From Setoptus koraiensis (Eukaryota > Animalia > Arthropoda): DNA of 64,000 bases. The notes below the pieces were generated by a model, which ran no database searches, had not been told where the DNA came from, and saw only the letters and a program-made list of their open reading frames with translations. The DNA lies in assembly GCA_048013815.1 (NCBI GenBank), contig CM106585.1:11780001-11844000 (forward strand). Direction: 5' to 3'. Positions 23,101 to 36,950 of this stretch are shown here, piece after piece (position 1 is the first letter of the stretch; every line of letters begins with the position of its first letter). A program made the translations under genes and the position numbers.

Positions 23101-24428
23101 TCGCTCCCGCAGCGCCGATCCGCTCTGGCCGCGCGCCCTCGGCCGAGCGTCTCCCGGCGGCCAGAGGCGGCCAGGGCGGCCGACGAGCGCCGCAGTCCCG
23201 TGTCGCACGGACCGGGCCCCCGGGTGCCCGCCGGACGGGACGCGGCCTTGGGCCGGGGTGCCACTTTTACGAGCCACCAATCTGGCCGGTTGGTGTGCAA
23301 TAATTGTCAACACGATCGCATTTTAATTTATTTTATTGCCCGTCCGTGTCCGCTTGTGCGCGAACAATGGCGTGTTTGCACTTGGTCCGGCGCGACGCAC
23401 GGCATGTGCCCGCATTCTTTTCGGCCGCCGGTCGGTCCGCCGGGCGGTTTTACAAATTTAATGGCCGCCAATTTATTAGCGACTATCCACGTGACTGCTA
23501 TTAAATGCCACCGTTCGGAGCCCGCGTGGCGCGGCCCGGCCCGCACCGGCGACGCTGCCAGTGCCCGTCGAGCCAGCCCGAGCCGTCCGAGCAGAAAAAA
23601 GCGAGCGAAATTCCGAGCGCGGCCGCACCGGCCCGCGGTGCAACGAGTGGCACACAAACCGGCGAGCGGCACACAAACCGGCGAGCGGCACAAAACAATT
23701 GTTGTCGCTCGCAACGGAATGGGGGCCGCGACAAAAAACAGCAGCACAGTTATAGGTACGGGTCATGATGGCCCGCGGACGGGATTGCCCACGGGTGTGC
23801 CCGTGGCCAGGTCGCCATGGCGACGGGCCGCCAGGTAATGGGCGCATCACGTTCTCGTGAGTTATTCATTCGTTCATTAAGTCGCTTCATTACCGAGTGT
23901 CACCGAGTTTTGTTTTTGTGTTTTGCGTCATTTTGTCTTGTTTTGCCGGGTAGCCGCGGCGCCACGATTGTGCGACCGTGCGGTCGTTGTAAACTAACTG
24001 TCGTTTTAATTTGGCTAGATTTGGCCGCAACTGGCCCCACTGGCGCTCGCATCGTCGACTGGCCAGTTAATGATGAAAAAATCAATTAATTAGCGGCCAA
24101 GTGGGGCCAATTGTCGGCAACTGTCGGCCACTGTTGGCGACTGTTGGCAACTTTTCGCAAATGTTGGCAACTTTTCGCAACTGTTGGCAACTGTTTCAAT
24201 TTTAGCGGGGGCTCACTCTTGCCGATTGGGCCACTGTCCGCGCGCGATCCCGCGCCGCGCAGCGCCACCGGCCACACTGGAGCGGCCGCACCAACGCGGC
24301 CGCACTGACACGACAATTGTGACGGGACCCGGCGCGGCTTACGGCCGCAAAGCGGATCAGCGGAGCCGCCGCACGGCCACCAATCAGCGACACCCACGAC
24401 AGGCGACAACGGCGACCGAGACCACAAA

Positions 24429-24510
24429 AACAACAACAACGACAGCAACAACAACAACGACAGCGACAACAACGACGACGACAGAGGCAACAACGACGAC
24501 AACAACAACA
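24429..24510. repeat. Compound (CAA/CGA)n microsatellite
   Basis: Directly visible. Confidence 0.9.
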
Positions 24511-25800
24511 ATTGCGACAACTCTGGTCCACTTAAACCGAACAAATCCCTACACAATTGCAGCGGCCGCGAACGCCCGCAAAAACAAGCGCGACCGCGAC
24601 AACGGATTAGCGACCGACGTTGACAAGTATGCACGCTGGAATATAATAAACAGGCCCTCTATCGGAGATTAGCCGGCCTCTCGCGGCTCGAATGTCACAC
24701 CGAGAGAAGTCGGGCGACAAGGCCAAGAAGTGTCAAAAAGAACAGCGCCGTTTTCCTCCTGTGCCGCTGCCCGCGGCCCTACCCCTCGGCCGCGCTCGGC
24801 CGTTTTGTGCGCCTCTGCGCGGCGTCCGGCGCGGCTCGTATCTCGAACGCGTCGTTGTCTAATACGGGCCAACGACAACAACGACACCAACGGCAACAAC
24901 GCGACACCGCAACGCGCTTGTTGTGGCGCAACTGGCCAGCGCCACCAGCGGCCACTGGCGGGCCGCCGAGCGCCAGCAGGGGCTTACGCGGCCGTCATTT
25001 GCATATTGTTCTTGCTAATGCTCGGCGGCGCTCCGGCTCGGACGTTGCGCCGACGAGCGACTGCGACACCGACGAGCGGCCGCGACACCGACGAGCGGCC
25101 GCGACACCGACGACGCTTATCCGTCGGCCGGTAGCCGTATGGCGGCCGCGGATCGGCGGGCCGGCCGACGGGCGGACCGAAGTGTGCATGTCACCATGTC
25201 TGCTGGCAGTGGCCAGCGCTGCGTCATTTGGCGCTGTTTGCCGTGCGTCGAGCGGACCGGCGTGCGCGGGCCGGACCGGCCGAGCTCAGAGTCCGGACCG
25301 GCCAGCTCATAGTGCGCGCCGGCCGGCTCAGAGCGCGCACCGTGACCGGGCAGCATGACAAAGCAAAAGATGGATAGCGATAGAGTCATTACGTCATGTG
25401 TGTTGTTAGTTTGTTGTTGCGTTGGGTGGCTCCAATTTATCATCGGCCGCCATCGGCACGGCATGGCGGCTTGGCTAGCTTGCCAAAATTGCAACATAGT
25501 AACAACAAGCGTTTAGAGCATGTGAACAGTGTTGCGTGAGCAGCGATTTCGTTTGCAACTTTGCGACAAGCCAGCGTCGGCCAGCGGACAGCGACAGCAA
25601 CAACAACAACAACAACAACAACAACAGCAGCAACGGCGGCCAATCTGGAAATCTCCGATCCGATAAACGATGAGCAGCAACAAGATGATGCAATCAATCA
25701 ATCAGTCACCAAAAGCAGCAGCAGCGGCAGCAGTTGTTGCGCAACTGTATTTGTTTGCCAGGTTTGCGAGCACACAGACCCGGCTTGGCGGTAACTGGCC

Positions 25801-25875
25801 GCTCAGGTGAGCTCACCTGAGCTTCGGCGAGCTCACCTGAGCTTCGGCGAGCTCACCTGAGCTGCTCAGGTGAGC
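25801..25875. repeat. Palindromic/tandem cassette of gctcacctgagc units (3 direct at 20-bp period, 2 inverted)
   Basis: gctcaggtgagctcacctgagc is a 22-bp perfect palindrome; gctcacctgagc-t-gctcaggtgagc has 12-bp arms. Confidence 0.95.
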
Positions 25876-27437
25876 AGCAGCAGACAGACAGACAGACAGA
25901 CGCAGACAGTGCGGGCAGAAGTGGAGCACGGTTATCAGTTTGCGTTTGTTTATCAAATGATTTAATGCCAGCGTCTGTCGTCAAAGTCAATTCGCGACCG
26001 CATCGCATCTCCGCGTCGCGTATGTCGGCCGGCCGGTGGCGGCGACATCGGCGAAAATCGCCGGCGCAACGCATAGGCGCGCCATGGGCCAGCACACGAG
26101 ATTCGGACGGCGCCGGCAACGAGTTCGCTTGGTCCAGTTTGCGACTCCATTCAATTAATTTGTGTGTGTCTGAATAAATCAAACTGGATAATTAACGCCG
26201 GCTCACACTGCCCGAACTGGACTACTCTCGGCCCGCGGCCGCGACTCCGCCCGGCGACCCGGCCCGGCCCGGCCCGGCACGCCGCTCACTGTCGGCTCAC
26301 TGTTGGCCGGCCGCTCGCGAGCGACATCCCGGTACGGCCACGGGACGGCGGGACGCAAATAGCGAAGACGGGCGGACCGCCATGACAGGCGGGGCGGCGG
26401 ACCGCGGACCACGATGACAGGCGGACCGCGGACAGCGAAGACGGGCGCGCCAATCTTGATGACATAATCTCCGGCTTGCGAGCCTCGAAAGCGGCTCGCG
26501 ATGCGCGCACCCAACGAACGGCGCACAAACCGACGACGCAAACTCAATTTGTTGCGCCGCCGTCACCTGTCCGAATGTGCGTCTGTGCGTCTGTCAACAA
26601 ACAACTGACAATTAGCGGCCCCACATAGAGGCTATTAACCCCTAAACAGGTGGGCGTACCCCGGGCGCGCTGTCAGTAAATCGCTGCCGAGCGGGCGCCG
26701 CTGACGCGGTCGCTCGGGCGCCAATCGTCGGCTTGTTGGAGCGCGACGACGACGCCCACTTGGCCGATGGTGTCCAATTACAATGTTGCTACTTTGTTTG
26801 TTTGTTTGTTTGTCCGTCCGTCCGTCCGTCCGCCCGTCGCCCGTTTGTTTGTGCGGCCGCTGTCGGGCAAGTGATAATTAGAGTTGTTTTGTTTCAATTC
26901 GGCGACACGGCGCCACAATCCGACACTGACCGAGAATTTGTTTGTTTGTCGGCTGACCGCGACAATCGCCACCGATGTGCCTACGCGGCTGTTGCGCAAC
27001 CTGTATCTGGATTGACGCGTCGTTGTCGGCGGCCGCCGACACTGACGCGCTTCGTTGCCAGCTCTGCTGTGAGTTGGCGCAGACGGGACGGCGAACGGGA
27101 GCCGCCCGGTCTCGCGCTCGTCGGCCATGAGGCCGGGCCGCTCCCGTTCGCCGGCCAGCAGACCGAGCGGAGTCGGGCCGGAGCGGCACAATTCAATAAA
27201 TTCAGCGTCCGACCGAACGAGCGCGCAGCGAGCCCTATACCGGCCCGCGAGTGCCGGGCACGGTGAGCTGGCGCAAACGATTGGCGCGGTTGGCATGGTT
27301 ACTACCTATACTCGTTTGCTACACGCACACTACACGCACTCGACTGACATTTGTGGCAACTGCCGCCATTGTCTGACAATATTGTGCGCTATTATGTAAC
27401 TTGTGCATGAGTTGTGACTCGCAACTTGCGAGCTGCC

Positions 27438-27558
27438 GTTGTCGTTGTTGTTGTCGTCGTTGTTGTTGCTGCTGTTGCTGTTGCTGTTGTCGTTGCTGTC
27501 GTTGTTGTCGTTGCTGTCGTTGTTGTCGTTGTTGTCGTTGTTGCTGTTGTTGTTGCTG
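27438..27558. repeat. Compound (TTG/TCG/CTG)n microsatellite
   Basis: Directly visible. Confidence 0.9.
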
Positions 27559-28908
27559 CGAGCATGAGGGTAGCAACAGCAATTTAATATCAAGGCAGCC
27601 GACTCGAAACTAGACAGGTGACTGCTCACAATCAGCTGACAGTGACGGTCATTGTGCCGTGCGTTGCTGTTTATCATTGTTGTTGTTCACGACACACACA
27701 CACTCACAACGCACACTCACGACACACAACAGAGCAGAGACGATGCTCGACAAGGTGAGCTCATCATGACTCGCACTCGCCGCGTTTGCCCGCTGTTTCG
27801 CTCACCTGGCCGCCAGTGGCGCATCAGTGGCGCTGGCGCTGCTGCTGCCGGCGCTGCCGCTGAAGCAGTGGCTCATTTGCATACTGGCGCTCACTATATA
27901 ACTCATCATCGCCGGCTATGCGCTAGCTGTGTAAGAGCCGTGGCCATAATGTCAGTTACACAGGCACATTGCTTGACATTGGCCGACCGCATTGCATGCG
28001 CCACCAATCGGCACAATTGGCACAACTTGTGCCAGTGTGCTTTTTTGAGCGCGCCCCCCCCCAAACCGGATGCTGCTCGGCGACTACCACGCCGCGCAGT
28101 ACGCGCGGGCAATGGCACAACAGCAGCGCACGCACTTAATCACGAGCGATGCGTGGGTGCTCGCCGGGCCACGGCGGCGCCGATGCGTTGCGCAACCCGA
28201 GCCGCGGTGCCATCATGCTCGCCGGTGTGGCGCTGAAACAATGAGCACGGACACCGACGGGCACCCAGAGCAGAATTAATTGCTATTTAATTGCAATTGC
28301 CGATGGTGTCGTGACAAGGGCCCATCAGTGTGGGCCATTTGTCGCCAGTCGAGCGCCCAAATTCCGGTGGCTTCTCCGCGCACTGTCCGCTCCGTGCGTG
28401 AGAATGCCCGAATGCCCGACTGCTCGGATGCGGGCACGTCTCCCGTGCGCTCAACTGCCCGGCCCAACCGTCGAGTGCGACCCAACTCGAGTGCGACTCA
28501 ACTCGAATGCGACCTAACACGCTCAACAAACAACCGTTAGCCCGAGTTGCTCGGGCCGCCGCGCTGTCCGACCACGGGCACCCGGCCGGCGGGCCTAAGA
28601 CCAGCTGGCTTGTGTGTGTCCCGGCCGGACAGCGGGCCGCACAACTCGGGCTAACGGAAGGCGCAAGTTTATTTGGCGGGTTGGGTCGCATTCTAGTTGG
28701 GTCGCACCTAGGCAATCAAGCTTGTCAGCGAGCAAGTGGTTGGCGTGTTGCGCAATCGCACGCATTTCCAATATGCAAAGATGAACGGAAACGCTTCGCC
28801 TGTTCGCCGCCACTGACCACATGCGAACTCGCCTCCGGGACGCGCAAAGCCACAGAGAAGCCACAAAGAAGCCACAACGAAGCCTCAAGGAAGCCACGTC
28901 TTCGCGAC

Positions 28909-29009
28909 GAACGTTCGCAGAGAACGTTCGCAGAGAACGTTCGCAAAGAGCGTTCGCAAAGAGCGTTCGCAAAGAGCGTTCGCAAAGAGCGTTCGCAAAG
29001 AGCGTTCGC
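28909..29009. repeat. 13-bp tandem repeat (cgttcgcaaagag), ~7-8 units
   Basis: Directly visible. Confidence 0.9.
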
Positions 29010-31305
29010 GGTCCGGTGAGTGCCCGTCTACCCGACGGCACTGTCCGGCGCCCAGCATGGCGCCTCCTGGCGGCTGTCCGTCAGTGTCGCCCGATGACAC
29101 AATCTATTGTGCGTCATTGTTGTTGCATCGACGCCAACAACCGGCCGACTCGCAATGTTTGTCGGTGCGCGCATACCGTCGAAGCTCACTCATCTGCCCG
29201 TTCACCTGTCCGCGTTTACCCGCCTGTTGGTCTGCTTGTTTTCGGGCTCGTTTCTCCGGCTCGACTGTCCACCGCGAATATGTCGGCAATATCGCCAATA
29301 TCCAGCGTGCATCGGGCCAGCGCCGAGCCCACCCACTGGCCGCTGGGTGGCCTTGGTCACCTGATCGCCGCATCGACTGTTCGCCGCATCGAGTGATCGT
29401 CGCATCGAGTGATCGCCGCATCGACTGATCGGCACATCACCCGAGCGGCGCATCACCCGAGCGGCGCATCACCTGAGAGTCGCGGCGTCTCAGCTCGGTT
29501 TGACGGGCATCGACGCGGCCGGCGTGCGATCGGCTGGGCCGCGTCAACGCAAGCCCGCAACTGACAATTGTGCGGTATGCGCCCGCAGTCGAACACTGTC
29601 AGAGCTGACGAGTTGCAACGAGCTCTGACAGTACCTGACTGCGGGCTGCTGTTTTCGCTCAACCTATTGCCCACTGCCGCCGATCAGGCGCCGGGCCGCA
29701 CGGGCCGCATTGGCCGTGGGCGTGACGACGGTGGACTAGAGTGGGCCGGGCAGCGTGCGAGTGAGCCGCACGGGTGCCATATCACATATTGACTCACACG
29801 GGCACCAGTATGGCTACCGCATCGGGGCGTTGCGAGCCGTTGCGGCGCTGGTTCCTTGTAGTTTATTACGTTGGCCCGTTTTTCCGTTCGCCGGCCCGCT
29901 CGTTGGCCGGCCCGATGGCGCGCTCGTTGGCCGGCCCGATGGCCCGCTCGTGAGTGGCGGCGGTGGCGGAATTAATTGGAATTGTTGGAATTCGCTGGAA
30001 TTGGAATGAGAAGTGTCAACGGTGGCGTCTAGTGTTTGTTTATTCAGCGTTGGCTTGGGTCGTTGTTTGCGCACTCGAGTTGTTGTCACAACAATGGGCG
30101 AGTTCATCCACATCGGGGGCGCATCTCAAGTGAGCTCGCCCGTCGAACGGTTCGCGGCTCGAGCGGCCCTTCGAAGCGTTCGACGCGTTCGACGCGTTCG
30201 AGGCGTTCGAAATCACACCAACGGCACAATGGGTTCAGTGGCACAATTGAGTCGGGCCCAGTGGCGAGTGGCCAAGTGTGTGGTCATCGTGTGCGCTCAC
30301 TGGCCACTACGCGGCGACAATATTGAATCATATCTAGGGACACATTAGGGGCACATTAGCCGGTTAGCGGACAGTGGATCGGTGACAGTGATCATTTGCA
30401 ACTCGAGTGGCCGCGATCATAATCAAAGCGCCCTTGTTGTTGTTGTTGTTGTTGCTGTTTGTATCCATCTTTGGGCACCTTTGCACGGGTCGAAGCCACT
30501 GACACCCAATTGAGCACGCATCATTTACCTATAACAATGGGGCCGGTTGTTGGCTTGTTCGGCTGTCGGTTGTTCGGGTACTCGGTTGCTCGGGCGCTCG
30601 GTTGTTCGGGTGCTCGGTTGTTTGGGTATTGGATTGTTTGGGTTGTTCGGTTATTCGGTTACTCGGTTATTCGGTTGTCTGGTTACTCGGTTATTCGGTT
30701 GTCTGGTTACTCGGTGCTCGGTTGTCTGGTTGTCTGGTGTCAGCAGCAACAACAACAACAACAGCAACGGCAACAACAACAACAACAGCGGCCAGAGATG
30801 ATTGACCGGCAGCAGTTAGGGCGCGGCGACAGTTGCAACTCGAGTGTTTGCCACTCAACTCGGGTTTATTGTTGGCTATCATCAGTCACCCGAACGCCAT
30901 ACAGCACAATGGCAATCGGGTCGGCGCGGCCACTCCACGGCGGCCACTCGATCGGCCCGACACTCGACGCCCGCCGCCCGCCGCTCAACAGTGTTTGTGT
31001 TTGGAGAAGCGGCCAAGTGCGCCTCACAATGGCTGCCAGCGGCAAGCGTGATTCGCAACTTGCGACGCGGCCCACAATTGAGCCGAGCGTTGAAGAATAG
31101 CGGAGAGGAAATAAAATGACGAAGCCAATATAAATAAACAATCGCGCCAATTGCCGCTCGATACAGTCCGCGAATGCGCCCGACGCCAGCTATTCTGCGA
31201 GCGCGGCTCTCGGGCCGCTCGAGCGCCAGAGCCGCCCGCGCGGCCGAGCTGTCGGGGGCGCCCGGAATGCGGTCGGCCCGTTGCGGCCGGCAGAATTGTG
31301 GCCCG

Positions 31306-31385
31306 CGAATTTGCGAGCCGACGAATTTGCGAGCCGGCGAATTTGCGAGCCGACGAATTTGCGAGCCGGCGAATTTGCGAGCCGC
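31306..31385. repeat. 16-bp tandem repeat (cgaatttgcgagccg[a/g]) x5
   Basis: Unit starts at 31306, 31322, 31338, 31354, 31370. Confidence 0.9.
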
Positions 31386-32789
31386 GAACGGCGCGAGCTC
31401 GCGGCCGAAGCTCGTGCAAGATAGGATTATCATTGTTGTTGTTGTTGTTTGACTGATGATGTTGGCCACTGTTGATTTAGACCCGGCGGCCCGAAAGTGC
31501 GCAATTTGTCACAACACAATAAAACACAACACGGCCCGGCGGCCCAGATTATTCGGGCCGGAGCGCGTTTTGTCGGTGCCGGTCGCGCCAGCCGCTTGTT
31601 GCCCGGTGGTGTCGCCGGTTGTTATATTATCGGTTGGTTGTGTGGCGCTTATTATTATATTATTATTGTGCCAAATGACAATGATAATAGCGGACAAATT
31701 GCGCACAATTGGCCGTATTGTGCCCCACTCTGTTGGGCACAATATGGCCGATATGGCCCGGCCCGGCCCGGCGCGCCGGCCACTCGCCAGCGTCAAGAGT
31801 TCATTGAGCGCGATGATAAATGGCGATATGTCGCGTCGCCACTTCTGCCCGCTACAAGTTTTGTCGCGTTCAATCGCCTATATCCGTCAACGGCGGCTCG
31901 CTGCGGCCCGGTCGGTATCGCCGGTGCGGTATCGCCGGTTCAGTGTCGCCGCTGCGGCCCGGTCGGTATCGTCGCTGCGGTATCGCCAGTGCGGCCCGGT
32001 CGGCCGACATCGTCGAGTGTGCTGGTCGTGTCAGTATTGGCCGTGCTGCAACTTGAAACTTTCAAGTGCGCGCATGTGCGTTCACAATCGGTCAGTGCTG
32101 GCCAGGCCGCACCGGAAGCGGCCCTCTCTCGGCCGGGCCCCGCTGCTTGGCGGGCTGATATTTGTATTCATGTAGACTCTGCATTGTAGAGGCCCACGAG
32201 CGCCATCTATGCGAATATCTGGCCCAGTGTCGCATGGATGGCGATGACAACGGATAAAGTGGTGACATTTGCTTTATTGTTTTTTGCTTGTTCGGCTCCG
32301 AAAAATCGAACCCCGAACAACACGGATTGGCGCCTCGCTTTCGCTGGTGTGCTCGCAGTGCAACAAAACTGCACACGAGTCGCACAGCGCACCGGCCCGG
32401 ATCTATCCAGCGGCGGGCGACCGCAGCGGGCCCGACGCAATCAGACGGGTGATCCAGTCGCGATTCAGTGGCGATTCAGTGGCGATTCAGTCGGCAACCA
32501 GTCGCGATTTAGTCGGCAACCAGTCGCCAGTTGGCAGAGCGGATCCGGTGGCGCAGTTGTCGGCCAGCCAGCGCTGGCGGCCAGCACGTGATTGGCGCTG
32601 CAGCACGTGCTGGCCGCCAACGGGCGCGTACGCTGCAAGACGTGCTCGTCGCGTCGCCGTGTGACGCTTGCTCGGCGCGGCTCGTGGTCGTCACATCGGT
32701 CTATTCGCAGCACGTGATTGTCGCGTTGTGTTTGTCTTTGTCGCTCGTGTCGTCGCTTCTGTTTCTCGCTGGCTCTCGCCTGTTCTCGT

Positions 32790-32912
32790 GCGAGTTCGCG
32801 TTCGAGTTCGCGTCCGAGTTCGCGTTCGAGTTCGCGTTCGCGTTCGCGTTCGAATTCGAATTCGCGTTCGAATTCGCGTTCGAATTCGCGTTCGAGTTCG
32901 CGTTCGAGTTTG
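32790..32912. repeat. 6/12-bp tandem repeat (gagttcgcgttc / gaattcgcgttc)
   Basis: Directly visible. Confidence 0.9.
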
Positions 32913-34410
32913 AGCCGTCGGCCGGGTTCTCGCCGGCCGACTGCGGGCCCACTGTCGCAATTTGCAGCGTTTATGTCGCTGCCCAAAAAAGTTTCGAAAA
33001 GCGAATCCCAGACCGAGCGCACAACTGCCGGCAACTCTCCGGTGTGTCATATGAGACACTTTTTCAATTGTTTTCTTTGCCTCTGTCGCTGCTATTTTTT
33101 CTGCCATTCTGCGCCTCTATTATCTGCTGGCGCGCCGTTGGCAGCCCGGCCGTCCGCTCATTCATTCTTTGGGCCGTTCATTCAAAATTCATTTGCTGGC
33201 CATAAATTCCTGGCGCTGCCACTGCTCGTTTCCCTCTCGCCACTGGGCCAATCACTGCTGCCGGCCGGCCGGCCGTTCGCCTCTGCCGCTGCAAACAAGT
33301 TCCTATTGACGCTGCTGCGAACGCTTCGAACGCTGCGTTCGCTGCGAACGCCTCGAACGAGAACACAATGCAACGGCGATGACAGCGGCAGACGCAGCGG
33401 CCGGACGAAGGCGACGATAGCCTAATGATGATGAGCGCTCTATTAGTGCGGCCATAGTGCACAATAATTCCATTGTTGTCGCTTCTTCGCTCGCCTCTCG
33501 TTCGCTTCTTCGTGGCCCTTTCTTCTTCGTCGTCCTTCTCTCGCGGCGATTGGCTCGTCGGTTGGCGCTGCTCGCAACCCGACAGCCGACAGCCAATTGC
33601 CGGCCAGTTGCCAGCAATCACAAGCGAACCATCGCCAGCAACCGCCGACAACGGGCCGAGAAGCCGGCCGAGAAATTAGCCCCATTAATGGGCACCGTTG
33701 TTGGCACTTTCACACCGGACAATGTGGCACAATTTGTACGCCAAAAGTACCAAAAGTACCAAGAGTAAATGTGAAAAAACACTAAAAAATCAATGCAAAA
33801 GTTGGCTCAACGCAAAAGTGGCGCAGCGTGCGCGATTGTTTCGGCGCAGTGTGCCGCTCTTGCGCAGTGTGCCGAAACAGTATGGCTGGCGAGTGCGGAG
33901 ATTCGGGTGCGAGCGACGCTCACCAACGGCACAGTGCGGCGGCCAGTGTGGACAAATTGTGATTTATCGCAAACAATCGCGATTTATTCTCATTTTATCT
34001 GGTCAATGTTGTGCCAACAAAATAGGATAAAATAACAATATTGAGCCTGGCACCGATCGGCTACCGGCGGCCGCTCGTGTCATTCACTCATTTCATTTAC
34101 CTGTTAACGGCCGCTATTCATGGCGGCTTATTGGCACGGCGGTAGCGCCACCTGTTGAGGGGTGGCGGTTTGGTGGTGCTGGCCAGCGACTTGCGTCACT
34201 GTCGTGACGAGAGTCTCGTCGCCAGCCAGTGCTGCCTACCGAGCGACAGAGGAAGCGAGCAGACTGGAGAGCGGATAAAGGGCGCACAATGCGAGTTAAA
34301 AGGAGCGAGAAAAGTCAAGTGGCGAGACGAAAAGAGGCCAAAGTTTTGTTCGTTTGGCCGGCTTGAGCGGCACACGCCCACACGACAGCAGCGACAGGTT
34401 GTTTGTTGAC

Positions 34411-34534
34411 GTTGTTGTCGTTGCTGCTGTTGTTGTCGTTGCTGTCGTTGTTGTTGTTGTTGTTGCTGTTGTCGTTGTTGTTGTTGTGGCTGGCTTGCGC
34501 ACTGGCGATAAACAAGTTGTTGTTGTTGTTGTTG
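34411..34534. repeat. Compound (TTG/TCG/CTG)n microsatellite
   Basis: Directly visible. Confidence 0.85.
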
Positions 34535-35370
34535 TGGACATGCAGTTTGAGCGGCCATTTGTTGTCACCAAATAGGCAAACACATTGAACACGGTGCAGG
34601 CCAGTCTGAAAGTTGCTCGCTGGTCAGCTGACGACCACGACGATTAGCGACACACAGGTAGGCAGCAGACGGGCCGACTGAATGAAAGAAAGATTTTTCC
34701 GCATAGTGTGTTACGCAACCATAAATCTTCTCCTTGTCGCTTATTGCTATTATATAACCATATATATATATACGCTTTGCTATATTTGCGCTGGCCGCGG
34801 CACGCAGCGCTTACCTGTTTCGTTTCGGCGCTCACTCCCACTATTTTGGTTGACAGTTGACCAGCTGATTAGCTGACCAGCCGACCAGCCGACCAGCCGA
34901 CCAGCCGACCAGCTGACCAGTTGAACAGTTGACCAGGTGACCAGTCGAACAGTTGAGCAGCAAAATAGTGCTAATTCAATAATGACGCAATGCAATAAAT
35001 AAATAGATGATACATTTGTCTATTTGTTGTTGTTGTTGTTGTGCAATTGTGTGTTTGTATATTTCTTCAGTGTGACTTGCTGTGGTCGGCTCTTTAATCT
35101 AATGGCCACTTGTTACTGCAATCTGTGACATGTCTGCGATATCTGGCTGCGATATCACGGCTCAACTGGCCCAACGATGGCTCATTTTCTCAAATTGCGT
35201 AATGCCAATTCGACAAGACAGACACAGAGACAGAGAGAGTCAAGGTGATGCCATTAGGCACATGACGCAACAACTGGCTATTTTTAGCCAGTTGCAGGCG
35301 CACAATTCAGCCATTTAGCCGCACCATTTAGTGGCGAGATCTATGGCGGCGCTATGGGTCTCACTCCCAC

Positions 35371-35383
35371 GGGTCACTGACCC
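35371..35383. promoter_or_regulatory. Perfect IR-1 nuclear-receptor palindrome (candidate ecdysone response element)
   Basis: GGGTCA-C-TGACCC. The match is certain; function is untested. Confidence 0.4.
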
Positions 35384-35745
35384 AGGGGCGCGTCGCGTTA
35401 ATTAATGGTCGACTGGGAGCACCTTCGGCTGACATGCTGTCGTGACGTTTGAAGTTCGAGCTGCTCGATTTGTGCGAGTTACAAACGAGTCAACAAATAG
35501 ACCAACAGCAACGGCCACATACGGCGAAACGAGAGCGAATCGAGAGCGATTCGAGAGCGATTCGAGAGCGAACATTCGCCGTGGTCGCCGAACAGGTATT
35601 CGCGGCGACATTCTTGGCGCAGAGACATTTTACACAGTGGACACATTATCGCCACTGCCACTCATTCCAATATTCAGCTTCAGTGTGACACTGAGCGTCG
35701 CCGACTCCCCCGCCGCAAAATGCCCGCTCCAAATGACGCAACGAA

Positions 35746-35820
35746 ACGATGCACCGAATGATGCACCGAATGATGCACCGAATGATGCACCGAATGATGC
35801 AACGAATGATGCAACGCAAT
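35746..35820. repeat. 12-bp tandem repeat (gatgcaccgaat/gatgcaacgaat) x6
   Basis: Directly visible. Confidence 0.9.
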
Positions 35821-35974
35821 GGCGAGGCGAGGCGCGCCAAGCCGGCCGCAGCTTGGCTCGATAGAGTCGAGTTCGCCGGCTCCGAACGCGGCCGACGGTC
35901 GTCACCGCTTCGCGCTTCTCGCCGCCGTCTCAATGTCACAGTGTCGAAATGTCACAGTGCCGAGATGCCGCCAT

Positions 35975-36083
35975 GTCCGAACGTCCGAACGTCCGAACGT
36001 CCGAACGTCCGAACGTCCGAACGTCCGAACGTCCGAATGTCCGAGTTTCAGAACGTCGGAACGTCGAAATACGTTCGAATGTC
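35975..36083. repeat. 8-bp tandem repeat (gtccgaac) with decaying 3' copies
   Basis: Directly visible. Confidence 0.9.
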
Positions 36084-36840
36084 AAAGTTTCAATCCGAAA
36101 AGCATTCGAACGAAAATTGTCGCTCAATTGTGTCGCATGTCAAGCCTCAATTACCGAAGCTGCGCTGGGCCTGGCTTCCGGTCTGGCCCGGGCCGCCGCA
36201 CACTGGCCGAAGTCGGGCCGTTGCCGGCTCCTGTGCCCGTAGCCGCGCGCGACGACCGGCTACACAGCGGTGGAAACCGGCCACGGGCACACTGACCGAA
36301 ATGGGGAGCGCCGCTTCCGCTGCGCCAGTCTCACAGTGCTGCCAAGCTGTGCCAGGTTGACCGCGCCAGTGCTGTGCCAGTGTCACCGCGCCAGTGTGAG
36401 AGCCGTCGGCTAATGATGGGGGCGCCCTCCGCTGACAGCGGCCTCGACGAGCCGGCCAATGGCGCTGTGAGCCGGCTCGAGCTGGTCGGCGGCGGCTCGG
36501 GCGATTGGCGGCGGCTCGGCGGCAATTCCGATGGTCGGCAGCGGCAATTCCGACGGTCGGCAGCGGGGGCGGCGCCGCCGGCTCGTTTCACGGCCCGTCG
36601 ATTCAAGTGGAAAGGGTGCCCCTGTGTGCGGCACATGAGAGGCAAACCGGCGCTCGGGTGACACGGCCACTGACCGCCCGACAACCTGTGCGATATCCGC
36701 CCGCGAGCTTCGACGCGGGCCGGCGCTGGATGCGACGCGGGCGCATGTGGGCGACCTTGCGAGTGGCCCAAATTAGACCACCTTCACTCTCGCTGCCCGA
36801 AGCGCTTGTTTGTTCGCTGGAGCGAGAGGGCGACCTTGCC

Positions 36841-36950
36841 GTCGTTGTTGTCGGTGTCGCCGTTGTTGCTGTCGGCGCGGTTGTTGTTGTCGTCGTTGCT
36901 GTTGCTGTCGTTGTTGTTGCTGTCGTTGCTGTTGCTGTCGTTGTTGTTGC
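36841..36950. repeat. Compound (TTG/TCG/CTG)n microsatellite
   Basis: Directly visible. Confidence 0.85.

Noticed and set aside
26635-26660. TTAACCCCT resembling a piggyBac end
   Set aside because: I found no matching inverted terminus with TTAA and no transposase.
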